A stretch of DNA of 64,000 nt from Naegleria gruberi (lineage: Eukaryota). The stretch lies in the NCBI GenBank assembly GCA_000004985.1, contig GG738895.1; one strand, 5' to 3'. Shown here piece by piece: positions 44,688-55,094 of the stretch (its first letter is position 1; each line of letters begins with the position of its first letter). The position numbers and the translations under genes were made by a program. The notes beneath the pieces were generated by a model. The model saw only the letters and a program-made list of their open reading frames with translations. It was not told where the DNA came from and ran no database searches.

Positions 44688-47636
44688 ATGCCAAGGAAAA
44701 GGAGTGTCTCTAGGAAGAAGAAAGCTCCAACAACAATAACGGACAATGATATTGATGACAATCCAGAAGAAGAAGAACAACAACAAAGGGATACAGCCTC
44801 ATCATCATCATCTTCGGAGGAGAATAATAAGGAATCAAGTGCGGAAGAGACTGACAAGGAAAAATCAACAAGTAATATCTTGAAGCAACAAGTGGACGAT
44901 AATACAATGCTGACTGATGAAGACGGAGCAAGCACAGCTAATAACACTTCTGTTGTCTTAGATCCAAATGATCACGATTTATCGAGTAGTGATGAAGGGA
45001 AGGAAGATGAGATTAATCATCCCACAACAACCTCTCCTCTTTTCAGAAGAAGAACCTCAACGGCCAATAAGAACAATAATCATCGACAATCATCATCATC
45101 TTCACCACCAGAGGAAACAGATCCAACCTCTCCGTCTAGTCCCTCCACTCTACAGATAGCAAACCATTCCCCCTCTAAAACCAACACGACTACATTAGCC
45201 TCCAATACAATAACAGCAGCAACTTCTGAAGGTAATAACCACAATTCACAAGATGTTCTCATTAAAAAGACAAGAACAACACGAAGAAAACCTCTACAAT
45301 CGCCCATCACTAAGAAACAAGACGACAACAATACTTCAGACAATGATGAAGACAAAACAACAACAATAGAACAACCATCAGAGTCCTCCAACGAATCGAG
45401 TAGTACATCCACAGCTGCTGCTGATACAACAACATCACTTGCTGAGGAGGATAATACAAACAACAATCAGATGGAAGACGATGATGCCTTCCTCACTCAT
45501 AAATCAGACTATGATAGTGATGAAGTTATTATTGAAACTCCAAAGAAGACCAGAGCCAACAAAAGAGGAAGAACACCACTTCCAAAATCCACTACAAAGG
45601 ACACAGACGAGCCAAAGAGTACAGAAGAGGCAACAATCACAACATCAACAACATCGGAACCTTCAGCTGATGAAAAGGAACAAAAAGAGATGGACACTAC
45701 AGAGGAAGATACAACAACAACATCAGTTGTAAAAAGAACACCAACGAGAACGAGAATTACCAAGAGTACGAAAAGAAAAGCAGCAGCTGCTGCCTCTTCA
45801 TCGGAAAGTGACAGTGATAATGAGTCAACCAAAGGTAAATCCAAACAAAGGAAACTTGATTCTAGACCACAAAGAAAGAGAGGAATGGAGACACCAGTTT
45901 CACAAAGATGCAATCCAACGACACCACAACCATCTCCAGGTCTTGCAAGACCAAGAAAGTTGGATGTTTCAAAAAAGTTGCTCATCTTACGAGGATCTGA
46001 TTTGAAAAACTTGGCAAGTTTGAAAAAGAAAGTAACTGCTGCAATCAATGAAGCAAAAAAGGCTGCCAATAAGGCAAGCCCAAAACGACCTGATTCAGAT
46101 GTGAGCAGATTGTCAGGAAATTTGACTGATTTGGATTTGAAACTTCTCACAGATGAGAGTATTTCTACTGGTACAGTCACTCTCATTGATAGTACAAGCC
46201 AATCTAATAAGAGGTATTTCAGAGACGCTGACGAATACGATGAATTTAAAGAGTTTAGAGATGGGACAATGATACACATTGATATTCCAAACGTTAGAAT
46301 CATTGAGGAAGAGCCAGCAGGACCACCTTTTAAGAGAACTTCGGAATTTATCAAATATGAAGATCCTGATAGATATGATCGTTCTACATTAACTCTTAAT
46401 CCTATCCCAGCTCAAGCTGATTTTGACATGTACAGTCATAGAAAGATTGACATTTCTGTAGAGTATAATATTGAGAGCGAAGATGAAGAGTGGCTCAATA
46501 ACTATAATAAGGATAGTAGGTATCCTCTCTCAGAGAAGGATTTTGAATCAATAATAGCATTAATGAATCGAGCCAGTAAGAATGGAAAGTCGTGTTGGTT
46601 TTCTGTTGCTTCAGTGATAGAGTTGAGCCGATTTTTTGATGTCAGGCTGGAGGAGCGTCACATTGTACAAGTTAAAAAATTATGGGAATCCAAATACAAC
46701 CCACAACACAAGTTGTTCAAGAGTGAAGAGCTTCAGAAACGAATTGAAAATGAAAATTTACTCTATGAATACATGTGTGTAAAACAACAATTGAATACAT
46801 ACAAGGAAAGAGTAGAGCAAATCATGGGAATTTCTGAACAAAAGAAGGAGCTTTTGGACAAACACTCAAAACTAATGAAGAGAAAGAACTATAGTGTCAC
46901 AAAGGACTTTCCAAAATTTGTAACCAAATATTCTAAATTAACTTATGATGAAGAAACGGAAACCAATTCAGATGACGATGAATCCGGTGACATTTCAAAC
47001 AAATTAGAGGAAGAGCAAATCCTCAAAGACTCATTTCCTGCCGATCAAGTAGAAATTGAACTTTTCATTGCTGAAGAAAAAAAAGAGGAAGAAGAGAGAA
47101 AAAAATCCAACCAAAAAGTAACAAAATCGTGGAAGAACAAGGGGTGTGATAATCTGGAAGAGCAACACGATGAATCAACTCTCGAAAGTACAGAATTCAA
47201 CAGTAGTTCTAATGAACCTTATTCTCCACTGAGTTCAGTTCCCTCCTCTCTAGCTTCCCTAATTATTCCACCACTTCCTCCCATTTTAACTAAGAATTTA
47301 TCCAATATTCAAACACCTGAAAGTACCTCAACAAATATCGACACACCTACCTCTGCAATTTCCAACTCGGATGATCTTCATTCAACAAAGAGAAGGACCA
47401 GAAAAAAGAGAATGGATTCTGGGACTCCTACATCTAATGTTTCTCGCACTCCAACCTCTGCCTCGAATATGGATTTTCAACAATCATTTGACGAATCTTC
47501 CTCGCTGATCTCATCCCCAACTCCTTCTGATATTGTACCACCACTTCTAGAAGCTTCTTCTCCATTACCATCTCCCAATAATAATGGTAACATGATGAGG
47601 CGAAGAAAAAAACGTTCTAAAATTGTAATCAATTAA
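44688..47636 (+). CDS. Enhancer-of-polycomb-like (EPC/Epl1 N-terminal EPcA domain) protein with a large acidic/Ser-Thr-rich low-complexity N-terminus.
   Basis: 982-aa ORF. EPcA-like block: IPNVRIIEEEPAGPPFKRTSEFIKYEDPDRYDRSTLTLNPI...YNIESEDEEWLNNYNKD...LSEKDFESIIALMNRAS (compare the family motif YD-DeEDeeWL...FE.imd.lE+). Confidence 0.65.
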   Translation: MPRKRSVSRKKKAPTTITDNDIDDNPEEEEQQQRDTASSSSSSEENNKESSAEETDKEKSTSNILKQQVDDNTMLTDEDGASTANNTSVVLDPNDHDLSSSDEGKEDEINHPTTTSPLFRRRTSTANKNNNHRQSSSSSPPEETDPTSPSSPSTLQIANHSPSKTNTTTLASNTITAATSEGNNHNSQDVLIKKTRTTRRKPLQSPITKKQDDNNTSDNDEDKTTTIEQPSESSNESSSTSTAAADTTTSLAEEDNTNNNQMEDDDAFLTHKSDYDSDEVIIETPKKTRANKRGRTPLPKSTTKDTDEPKSTEEATITTSTTSEPSADEKEQKEMDTTEEDTTTTSVVKRTPTRTRITKSTKRKAAAAASSSESDSDNESTKGKSKQRKLDSRPQRKRGMETPVSQRCNPTTPQPSPGLARPRKLDVSKKLLILRGSDLKNLASLKKKVTAAINEAKKAANKASPKRPDSDVSRLSGNLTDLDLKLLTDESISTGTVTLIDSTSQSNKRYFRDADEYDEFKEFRDGTMIHIDIPNVRIIEEEPAGPPFKRTSEFIKYEDPDRYDRSTLTLNPIPAQADFDMYSHRKIDISVEYNIESEDEEWLNNYNKDSRYPLSEKDFESIIALMNRASKNGKSCWFSVASVIELSRFFDVRLEERHIVQVKKLWESKYNPQHKLFKSEELQKRIENENLLYEYMCVKQQLNTYKERVEQIMGISEQKKELLDKHSKLMKRKNYSVTKDFPKFVTKYSKLTYDEETETNSDDDESGDISNKLEEEQILKDSFPADQVEIELFIAEEKKEEEERKKSNQKVTKSWKNKGCDNLEEQHDESTLESTEFNSSSNEPYSPLSSVPSSLASLIIPPLPPILTKNLSNIQTPESTSTNIDTPTSAISNSDDLHSTKRRTRKKRMDSGTPTSNVSRTPTSASNMDFQQSFDESSSLISSPTPSDIVPPLLEASSPLPSPNNNGNMMRRRKKRSKIVIN

Positions 47637-47719
47637 TCAATTTATTAAGCACACATCTAGGTATGCAAATAATGTGTTTTTAATACAGTTTCACATAATA
47701 AAACACATTACTTGTTTTT

Positions 47720-48088
47720 TTAAATACCTGTTTTAGTGACGTGTGGCATTGGATGATTATCGACGTGATGTCTATGACCACCTTCAGCTTGATGCAATTC
47801 CAATTCTTCAAATGGAATGGACAAGTAATAATCAACTTTTTCCTTATCCTTCATAACGAAAGGTTCATTGAAAATTCGAGTTCTCTTATTATTATCTGAA
47901 ATGTCAAGACGAGACAACCTCAACTTGGCACTACCTTTGGTTTTTGGTCCAAAAGTGTGAGATTTGTATCGAGGAATGATATGAGTAACTTCCTCCTCAT
48001 AATGATCGTCTTCACTCTTGTAAATGGCAGTTACAATAGTATCAGTGTTAGTGTTATTGGTAATGTTTGAAGCAAATAATCTACCCAT
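47720..48088 (-). CDS. Hypothetical protein (122 aa).
   Basis: ORF with ATG; lies between the EPC-like and ADH genes; no motif recognised. Confidence 0.3.
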   Translation of the reverse strand: MGRLFASNITNNTNTDTIVTAIYKSEDDHYEEEVTHIIPRYKSHTFGPKTKGSAKLRLSRLDISDNNKRTRIFNEPFVMKDKEKVDYYLSIPFEELELHQAEGGHRHHVDNHPMPHVTKTGI

Positions 48089-48571
48089 TTTTTCTCTTGA
48101 ATTGAATTGTTACAATGCAACTCCATTGCGGCAACAATTTATTTCAATCCTTTATACAATTTTGGAAATTCTATCAATAAGGAAACTCTATTGAATTGAA
48201 ACTATTCTCTGATTTGAAAATAATAATACTCTTCTTTCACCACCAATTTTTTCATCTCTCCAATCATCATCATCAGTTTACTTTTTACCTAACTGCACTT
48301 AACTCTCATCAACTACAGTTGAGGTTGCACAATCCTTGGAATTTTTCCACTCTTGCGACAAAAGTGCATCCAAAATTTTTACTCCCTCACAGCATGTCCT
48401 GTAAGACAAATGAAAAGTTGTTTATTGAACATCATCGCAGATTCTTACTGGCATTTCGCACATTAGAACATATTTAAGCCAATCATCATGCATGCAACAT
48501 TCTTCAATTTAAACACAAAAAAACAACAAGATAGCGACAATTTTATATCCACATCATATTATCATCAAACA

Positions 48572-49789
48572 ATGAGCGAAGATACAACATTTAATCCAAT
48601 TAGTGTTACTGCTTATGCAGTTGGTGAGAAGAAGGACTCTCAAAAATTGGTTTCCTTTGATAAGGTTGAAAAGCAAGTTAAGAGCATTGGTCCAAATCAT
48701 GTATTTGTTGAATTGATTTGTAGTAGTATTTGTCATACGGACTGGTTTACTTTTGGATCGAAAGGTGCTGTTCCTGGACACGAAATGGTATGTAACTTTT
48801 TAATCAATTGGTTGAAATTAACATGGTAAATTGTGTGAATGAAACAACATTTACTTAATTCAGGTTGGTATTGTTAAGCATATTGGAGAAAATGTCGCCC
48901 ATGAAGGTAAAATCAAAGTTGGCATGCGTGTTGGTATGGGATATCAATTTACTTCATGTCGTCATTGTGAAACTTGCACTAATAATTTGGAAAATTTGTG
49001 TGATAGCTCCAAACCATTTTACACAGCTCCAATTGGTGGAGGATACCAAACAGGAGTTGTTTGGGATGCTCACTTTGTCTTCCCAATTCCAGATAACTTG
49101 AAATCCATCCATGCTGCTCCATTGCTCTGTGCTGGTGCCACTGTCTTTACTGCATTGCACAGATATACAAAGAATCCTCAATATAAGGTTCCAGGTAAAC
49201 CACTCAGTTGTGCAGTGTTGGGATTGGGAGGTCTTGGACATTTGGCCATTCAATACGCTAAAAAGATGGGTTTGCATGTTACTGCATTGAGTACTACTGC
49301 TAGTAAGGAGGAAGAATGCAGATCGTTTGGAGCTGATGAATTTTATGTTCACACCACTGAAGAAGCAAAGACAACTTTAGCATCAAAGTTTGATATTATT
49401 TTGAATACTGTTAGTGGAGATATTGAACTTGATAAGTTTATTGTCATGTTGAGACCTTATGGTCAATTGTGCATGTTGGGTCTTCGTAAGTATTTAACAA
49501 GATTATCAAATTGTGAAATTAACGTAATTTAGCATCAAATCCAAGATATGACTTGTCAGCATTTTCTCTCATTCTGAAGGCTCGTTCCTTGGTCTCTTCT
49601 GTCATTGGTTCTCCAGAAGAATTGAATTTAATGTTGAAGTTCAGTGCTGATCACGATATTAAACCACAAGTTGAGTTGACCACTTTGGATAAAGTTGGTG
49701 AAGCAATTGAAAAGGTTAATTCCAATAAGGTTAGATATAGAATGGTTATGATTGTCAATCAAGAACAAGTTGATAAGGAAAATCAATAA
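48572..49789 (+). CDS. Zinc-dependent alcohol dehydrogenase (cinnamyl/NADP-ADH-like). Exons 48572..48787, 48864..49485, 49533..49789; introns 76 and 47 nt.
   Basis: Zn-ADH motifs: ICHTDWFTFGSKGAVPGHEM|VGIV, a second Zn site CRHCETCTNNLENLC, and cofactor loop AVLGLGGLGHLAIQYAK. Junctions GTATGT...TTCAG and GTAAGT...TTTAG restore frame across the three track ORFs. Confidence 0.8.
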
Positions 49790-50337
49790 ATTATTTCAAT
49801 TATTTTTTAGCAATTTATTCAATCATTATCACAAACGACAATAAAATTGGTATTAAATTAAATGTTCTAAAACACAGAATGCTTACATATTGTTTAAGGT
49901 CTTTGTTCGTGAATCAGCTGGTCGTTCCAGATGCTAGTATTTTGCTTGTGGTTTCTTTGATTATGATGTTGTGACATGAAGTCTAATTGATTTCAATCTT
50001 TCATATCTTTACAATAAAAATTCAATAAAATTGTAAAAACAAATTCAATGTTGAGGAAGTGGACAAACCTCAGGACCACCTCGCACATTTTTCACAAAAC
50101 CCAATAATGATCGTAGTCAATCAGCTCAAAGTTCTCAATGTTGTGCGTACTCCTCTTATAAAATTGCACGCGCCATTATTTTGCACCTTAAAAATGCGCA
50201 AGATTTCATCACAAACTTTTAAAAACACAAAAAAATAGCAACAAGTCCTCACACCTATTGCCTCTCGCTGTTGTATTTTCCTGAATCAAATTGATCACAC
50301 ACAAAACTTGAAATCATTATAAGAAAAACAAATCATC

Positions 50338-51366
50338 ATGGAATTGCTTCTCTCATCTGTACAAAATTGTTCAACTACACAATTATCTGCTGTAGCAGCT
50401 GCTGGTCTCGGAGTGTTGTATTTGGGAAAGAAACACTTTAATGGAGGAGTTGTTCCTTCTGAATTACTCAAGGCAACATCTTTGCAGGGAAAGACAATTA
50501 TTGTAACTGGTGCTAGTCCGAATGGAATTGGATATGAAACTTGTAAGATTTTGCACTCATTGGGAGCTACTGTTATTTTGGGAGTTCGTAGTGAAAGAAA
50601 TGGAGCCGAATCTAAAAAGTTGATCATTCAAGAGAATGGAGGTGGTGCTGAACGTTTGGTTGTCATGTTAATGGATCTGACTGATTTGGAATCCGTTAAG
50701 AAATTCACAGAAGAATTCAAGTCAAAATTTACCACTTTAGATATTTTGATTAATAATGCTGGCATCATGATGTGTCCATATGCTACAACAAAGCAAAATA
50801 TAGAGATTCAATTTGGTACTAATCACTTAGGTCACTTCTTACTCACTCTTTTACTTTTAGATATGATTAAGAAATCTAATGGAAGAGTTGTTAACTTGTC
50901 ATCATTGGCTGCTTCATATATCAAGAAGGAAAGTGATGTTAAGGGATTCTGTTCATTCAAAGAAGAAACTGTCACTGGAAATTCAAGCAAATTAGCTAGT
51001 GAATATCAATTGTACTATAGATCCAAAATGGCCAATATTTTATTCACAAAGAGACTTGCTCGTGAATTAGCTAAGGACAGTTCAGCAACTTCCTATGCAT
51101 GCCATCCCGGCTTAGTCCGCACACAATTATCGAGACACCTTAGTATTGCTATAATCTTTGCTCCAATTAGCTGGTACTTTACAAAGTCACCTGAACAAGG
51201 AGCTCAAACAAGTATCTACACAGCCATTGAAGATAAGAAGAAACTTAAATCTGGTAATTATTATGCTGATTGTATTGAAAAGATTGGAAATAACTTTGAG
51301 GATGATATTAAATTGCAAGATCAATTGTGGCAAACAAGTTTGGACCTTTGTAAGAATTATTTGTAA
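50338..51366 (+). CDS. Short-chain dehydrogenase/reductase (retinol-dehydrogenase/WWOX-like SDR).
   Basis: TGASPNGIGYET (TGxxxGIG), NNAG, and YxxSK (YYRSKMANILF). 342 aa, intronless. Confidence 0.8.
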   Translation: MELLLSSVQNCSTTQLSAVAAAGLGVLYLGKKHFNGGVVPSELLKATSLQGKTIIVTGASPNGIGYETCKILHSLGATVILGVRSERNGAESKKLIIQENGGGAERLVVMLMDLTDLESVKKFTEEFKSKFTTLDILINNAGIMMCPYATTKQNIEIQFGTNHLGHFLLTLLLLDMIKKSNGRVVNLSSLAASYIKKESDVKGFCSFKEETVTGNSSKLASEYQLYYRSKMANILFTKRLARELAKDSSATSYACHPGLVRTQLSRHLSIAIIFAPISWYFTKSPEQGAQTSIYTAIEDKKKLKSGNYYADCIEKIGNNFEDDIKLQDQLWQTSLDLCKNYL

Positions 51367-51656
51367 GTGTTGGCAAGAAATGAAAATAATAAATTGTAAA
51401 TTTATTAATGTAGAGTTGTGAGGAACGATGTAACATTGGTATTTCGAAAAAATTGTTAACAATACTCATATTTTCAAAAAAATTACAAATGTAGACAATG
51501 ACCAAAATTCCACTTCATTTCCTGATTAATCTTATTTACAGAATCCAAAAAGTTCCAGCAAGCAAAACTCCCTTAAAATATTTCTCATCAAAAAAAAAAG
51601 AATCAACAACTCCTTGTTTTTAAATATCTTTGAAATCACACAACCAAAAGAGAATC

Positions 51657-53903
51657 ATGTCTTCTGATCATCAACAGACTCGTCATCGGGTGGGTCAACA
51701 CGTAGACGATGGTGATGATGATGAATTAATGAGTACAGATAATGGGCTATCCAATAATCATCAGCATCATCATCATCTTCAGGAAGGAGATCATCATAAT
51801 ATAATTATTAAACATAATCATCACGAACATGGCTCTGATGATGATTTGGAGTTGAAAAATCAACAGAGAAATCGCTCCGAAGAGGATTTGGGTTTGAATT
51901 ACTCGCAATCAATGAATACCTTTGATGAAAATTCGAATATGATCAATGATGAAGAAGAATCAAACGAACAAGATTCGAGTGAAAAAAGGAAGGAATCATC
52001 AACGATACCAACCACACCAGCACCTACCAATAATCATCAAAGGCAACAGTGGGGATCTCGTCTTTCCTTCATCTTGGCTACAATTGGAGCTGCTATTGGC
52101 TTTGGAAGTTTTGTTAGATTTCCATATCTTGCTTACAAGCAAGGAGGAGGTGCTTTCCTAATTCCATATACTGTTTGTTTAATTGTTTTGGGTATTCCAC
52201 TGTTAATTCTCGAGTTGAGTATGGGACAATTATTGAGGAAGAGTAGTATCAAAGCTCTCGGATTGTTGAACAATCGTATGAGAGGTTTGGGAGTTGCTGC
52301 TGTTCTATTTGGAGGATTTGGAATTTGTACTTATTATAGTGTTTTGATTTCTTGGATTTTTGTCTATTTCTATCACATGTTTGCATGGGAACTTCCTTGG
52401 AAAGGAAAAACTGAAGAATATTTCTATGATGTGATTTTGAGACGTAGTTCTGGTGATACAGTTGTGAGTGAATTGAATATTGCCATTACTGTTTCATTGT
52501 TTTTAGTGTGGGTTTCAGTTTACTGTGGTGTTTGGAAGGGAACTAGCTCAACAGGAATAATCACGTATATTACTGTTCCACTCCCAATATTATTGCTATT
52601 AATCTTGTTGATTACTAGTTTCTTTTTGGAGGGAAGTTGGACAGGAATGTACTATTTCATCAAGCCAGATTTTACAAAGATTTTGAATGTGGAAATTTGG
52701 TTAACTGCAGCTGGTCAGGTATTCTTTTCATTGAGTTTGGCCAGTGGTACCATGATTGCTCTGTCATCCTACAATGATCCAAAGCAAAATATTGTCAAAG
52801 ATGCTTGGATTATTGGTTTGTCCACTTACATTTTCAGTATTTTTGCTGGATTTTGCATGTTTGCTATTTTGGGATATATGGCCCATTCTAAGGGTGTTGA
52901 AATTGATCATATTGTTCAAGGAGGTTTGGCATTGGCCTTTGTTGTCATTCCTGAAGCTATTACCTTAATGCCAGCTTCACATGTTTTTTGCATCTTGTTC
53001 CTTGTTGCCATGTATACTCTTGCTATTGACAGCTGTTTTGGTATGATTGAAGGTGTTAATGCAGTAATTCATGATGCTTTTCCAAATCTCAAATTGCATT
53101 GGATTTCTTTAGTGACTTGTTTTTTGGGATTCATTTTTGGTATTCCATATTGTTTAGACAAGTAAGTATATTGATTTTTTTAGTTGGGTTTACTGAACTA
53201 CTTCAGTGGATACTATTTGATGGATATTGTGGACCATTACTTGAGTGATTTCTGTTTGGTATTGTCAGCTATTGGACAATGTATTGTTGTAGGATATTTG
53301 ATTTCAGACGAATCAGTAATTGCCAGAGTTAGGAAACAATGGAGAGAATACTCTTCTTCATCTTATGCCAATGTTGAAGAAGGTAATGCTACACCAATTG
53401 ATTCATCAGAGCAGCCAGCCACCAGACCTACTCCTCAATGGAAACTCAGAGTGAAAAAGTATCTTTCTCTCACTGATACCATTCTTTTCCATAGTATTGA
53501 TGAATTCAGACTTCGTATCAAGAAGGTCTGTAATTTTGGACCTCACAAAGAGTGGAGCATTTTCATCAAGTATATTGGACCAATTATTTTATTAATCTTG
53601 TTGATTATTCAGTTGGTTAAGGAAATCACCTCACCTTACTCTACAAAAGGTTCAGATTCAAAGGAATTCGACTGGCTCTCTCTCACAATTGGATTATGTA
53701 TCATATTTGGATATTTGGGTACTTTTACTATCTTTGCCATCTTCCCTCGATTGGCCACTCAAAAATCTGAAGATCCTGGAAATTCGTGGAGAGCTGTTTT
53801 GGACAAATATGAAAAGGAAGATTCTGAAAAAGAAGAAGAATCCAAAACTAATAATCTGGAGGAAGAATTACAAAATGTCGTTCCATCCACTCCTCAAGAA
53901 TAA
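51657..53903 (+). CDS. Sodium:neurotransmitter symporter family (SLC6) transporter. Exons 51657..53161 and 53207..53903; 45-nt intron.
   Basis: SNF signature WGSRLSFILATIGAAIGFGSFVRFPYLAYKQGGGAFLIPY. 12 predicted TM helices run across ORFs 51630.. and 53184... Donor GTAAGT at 53162; the acceptor giving frame continuity is CAG at 53206. Confidence 0.75.
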
Positions 53904-54019
53904 TTGTAATATATTTGCATAACTTTTATTTTTGATTCATTAACATTGTGATTACATTAAATTCAATTATAATTATAATCTTAATATCCTTGCATGCATG
54001 AAAATGTTTCATTAATAGA

Positions 54020-54070
54020 CGTTGATTAAATATTATTAAATATTATTAAATATTAAATTATTAAATTATT
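54020..54070. repeat. AT-rich microsatellite (TATTAAA/ATTAAAT units) in the promoter region of the rhodanese gene.
   Basis: attaaatattattaaatattattaaatattaaattattaaattatt read directly. Confidence 0.6.
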
Positions 54071-54077
54071 AAAAAAA

Positions 54078-55048
54078 ATGCTCAAAACCTCCAATCGTCT
54101 CTCCTCTCTTGTTTCTTGTCAAGCTTTAAAGGAAGCCATCAACAAGACAAGCAATATTAAAATTATTGACGGATCATGGCATATGCCAGCCATGAAACGT
54201 AATGGCTATGAAGAATATTTAAAAGAACACATTCCGAATGCTAGATTTTTTGATATTGATGGATTGAGTGATCAAAACACTGATTTGCCACACATGTTCC
54301 CTTCTGTTGAATTGTTTGAGAAGAGCATTACAGAAATGGGTATTGAAAATACTGATCAAATTGTTGTATATGATACTGCCTTTACTTCAGCATTCAGAGT
54401 TTGGTATACGTTTAAAGTTTTTGGACATGAAGGGAAGGTTAGCTTGTTGGATGGTGGATTAACCAAGTGGAAGCTATTGGGCTATCCTATCGAAAGTGGA
54501 AAACCAAATATTACTCCATCATCTCATCCGTACAAGGCCAAATATCAATCGGATTTTGTTGCAAGAATGGACGAAATTTTGGATAATTTGAATAATCAAA
54601 AATCATACATTGTTGGTATGTAATATTATTAGTGGAATATTAGTGAGATATGATACTATTTATTATACACTGAATAGATGCTAGATCAGCTGAAAGATTT
54701 AATGGAACTCAACCAGAACCTCGTCCAAATTTAAAGAGTGGACACATTCCAAATTCTTTCAATATTCCATTCCCAACTCTTGTCAATCCAGAAGATAAAA
54801 CTTTCAAGACAGATGAAGAGATTTTGAAATTATTCCAAAACTCTGGTTTGAACATTCAATACATTAATGATAAGATTGTAATTGACAAGCCAATTATTGG
54901 AAGTTGTGGAAGTGGTGTAACTGCTTGTGCCTTGCTCTATTCCCTTAATCTTCTTGGTGTTTCTCTTGATAAACTTCGTATTTATGATGGCTCCTTCTCG
55001 GAGTACGGAAAGGAATCATTCACCAATCCAGTTTCCCAAAGAAAATAA
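54078..55048 (+). CDS. Rhodanese-family sulfurtransferase (3-mercaptopyruvate/thiosulfate sulfurtransferase-like), two rhodanese domains. Exons 54078..54615 and 54678..55048.
   Basis: Domain 1: IKIIDGSWHMP...LLDGGLTKWK. Domain 2 after a GTATGT...AATAG intron: VDARSAERFNGTQPEP...SGHIPNSFNIPF...CGSGVTACAL (active-site Cys). Confidence 0.8.
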
Positions 55049-55094
55049 GTTTCAACAAGTTCCACACATCATTCACATTTCACTCAAAAAAAAA

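Noticed and set aside
44681-46354. Minus-strand ORFs (88-281 aa) antisense to the EPC-like gene.
   Set aside because: Antisense to a motif-supported CDS in a low-complexity GA/CT-rich region; typical spurious long antisense ORFs.
48196-48477. ORF 48196..48477 (93 aa) upstream of the ADH gene.
   Set aside because: His/Phe/Leu-rich read of an AT-rich promoter region with no ATG context comparable to real genes; likely non-coding 5' flank of the ADH gene.
54927-55094. N-terminal 56 codons of track ORF 54927..57389.
   Set aside because: They overlap exon 2 of the rhodanese gene in another frame, and the ORF 'start' is a non-ATG codon. The first ATG, preceded by an A-run like other genes here, is at 55095.
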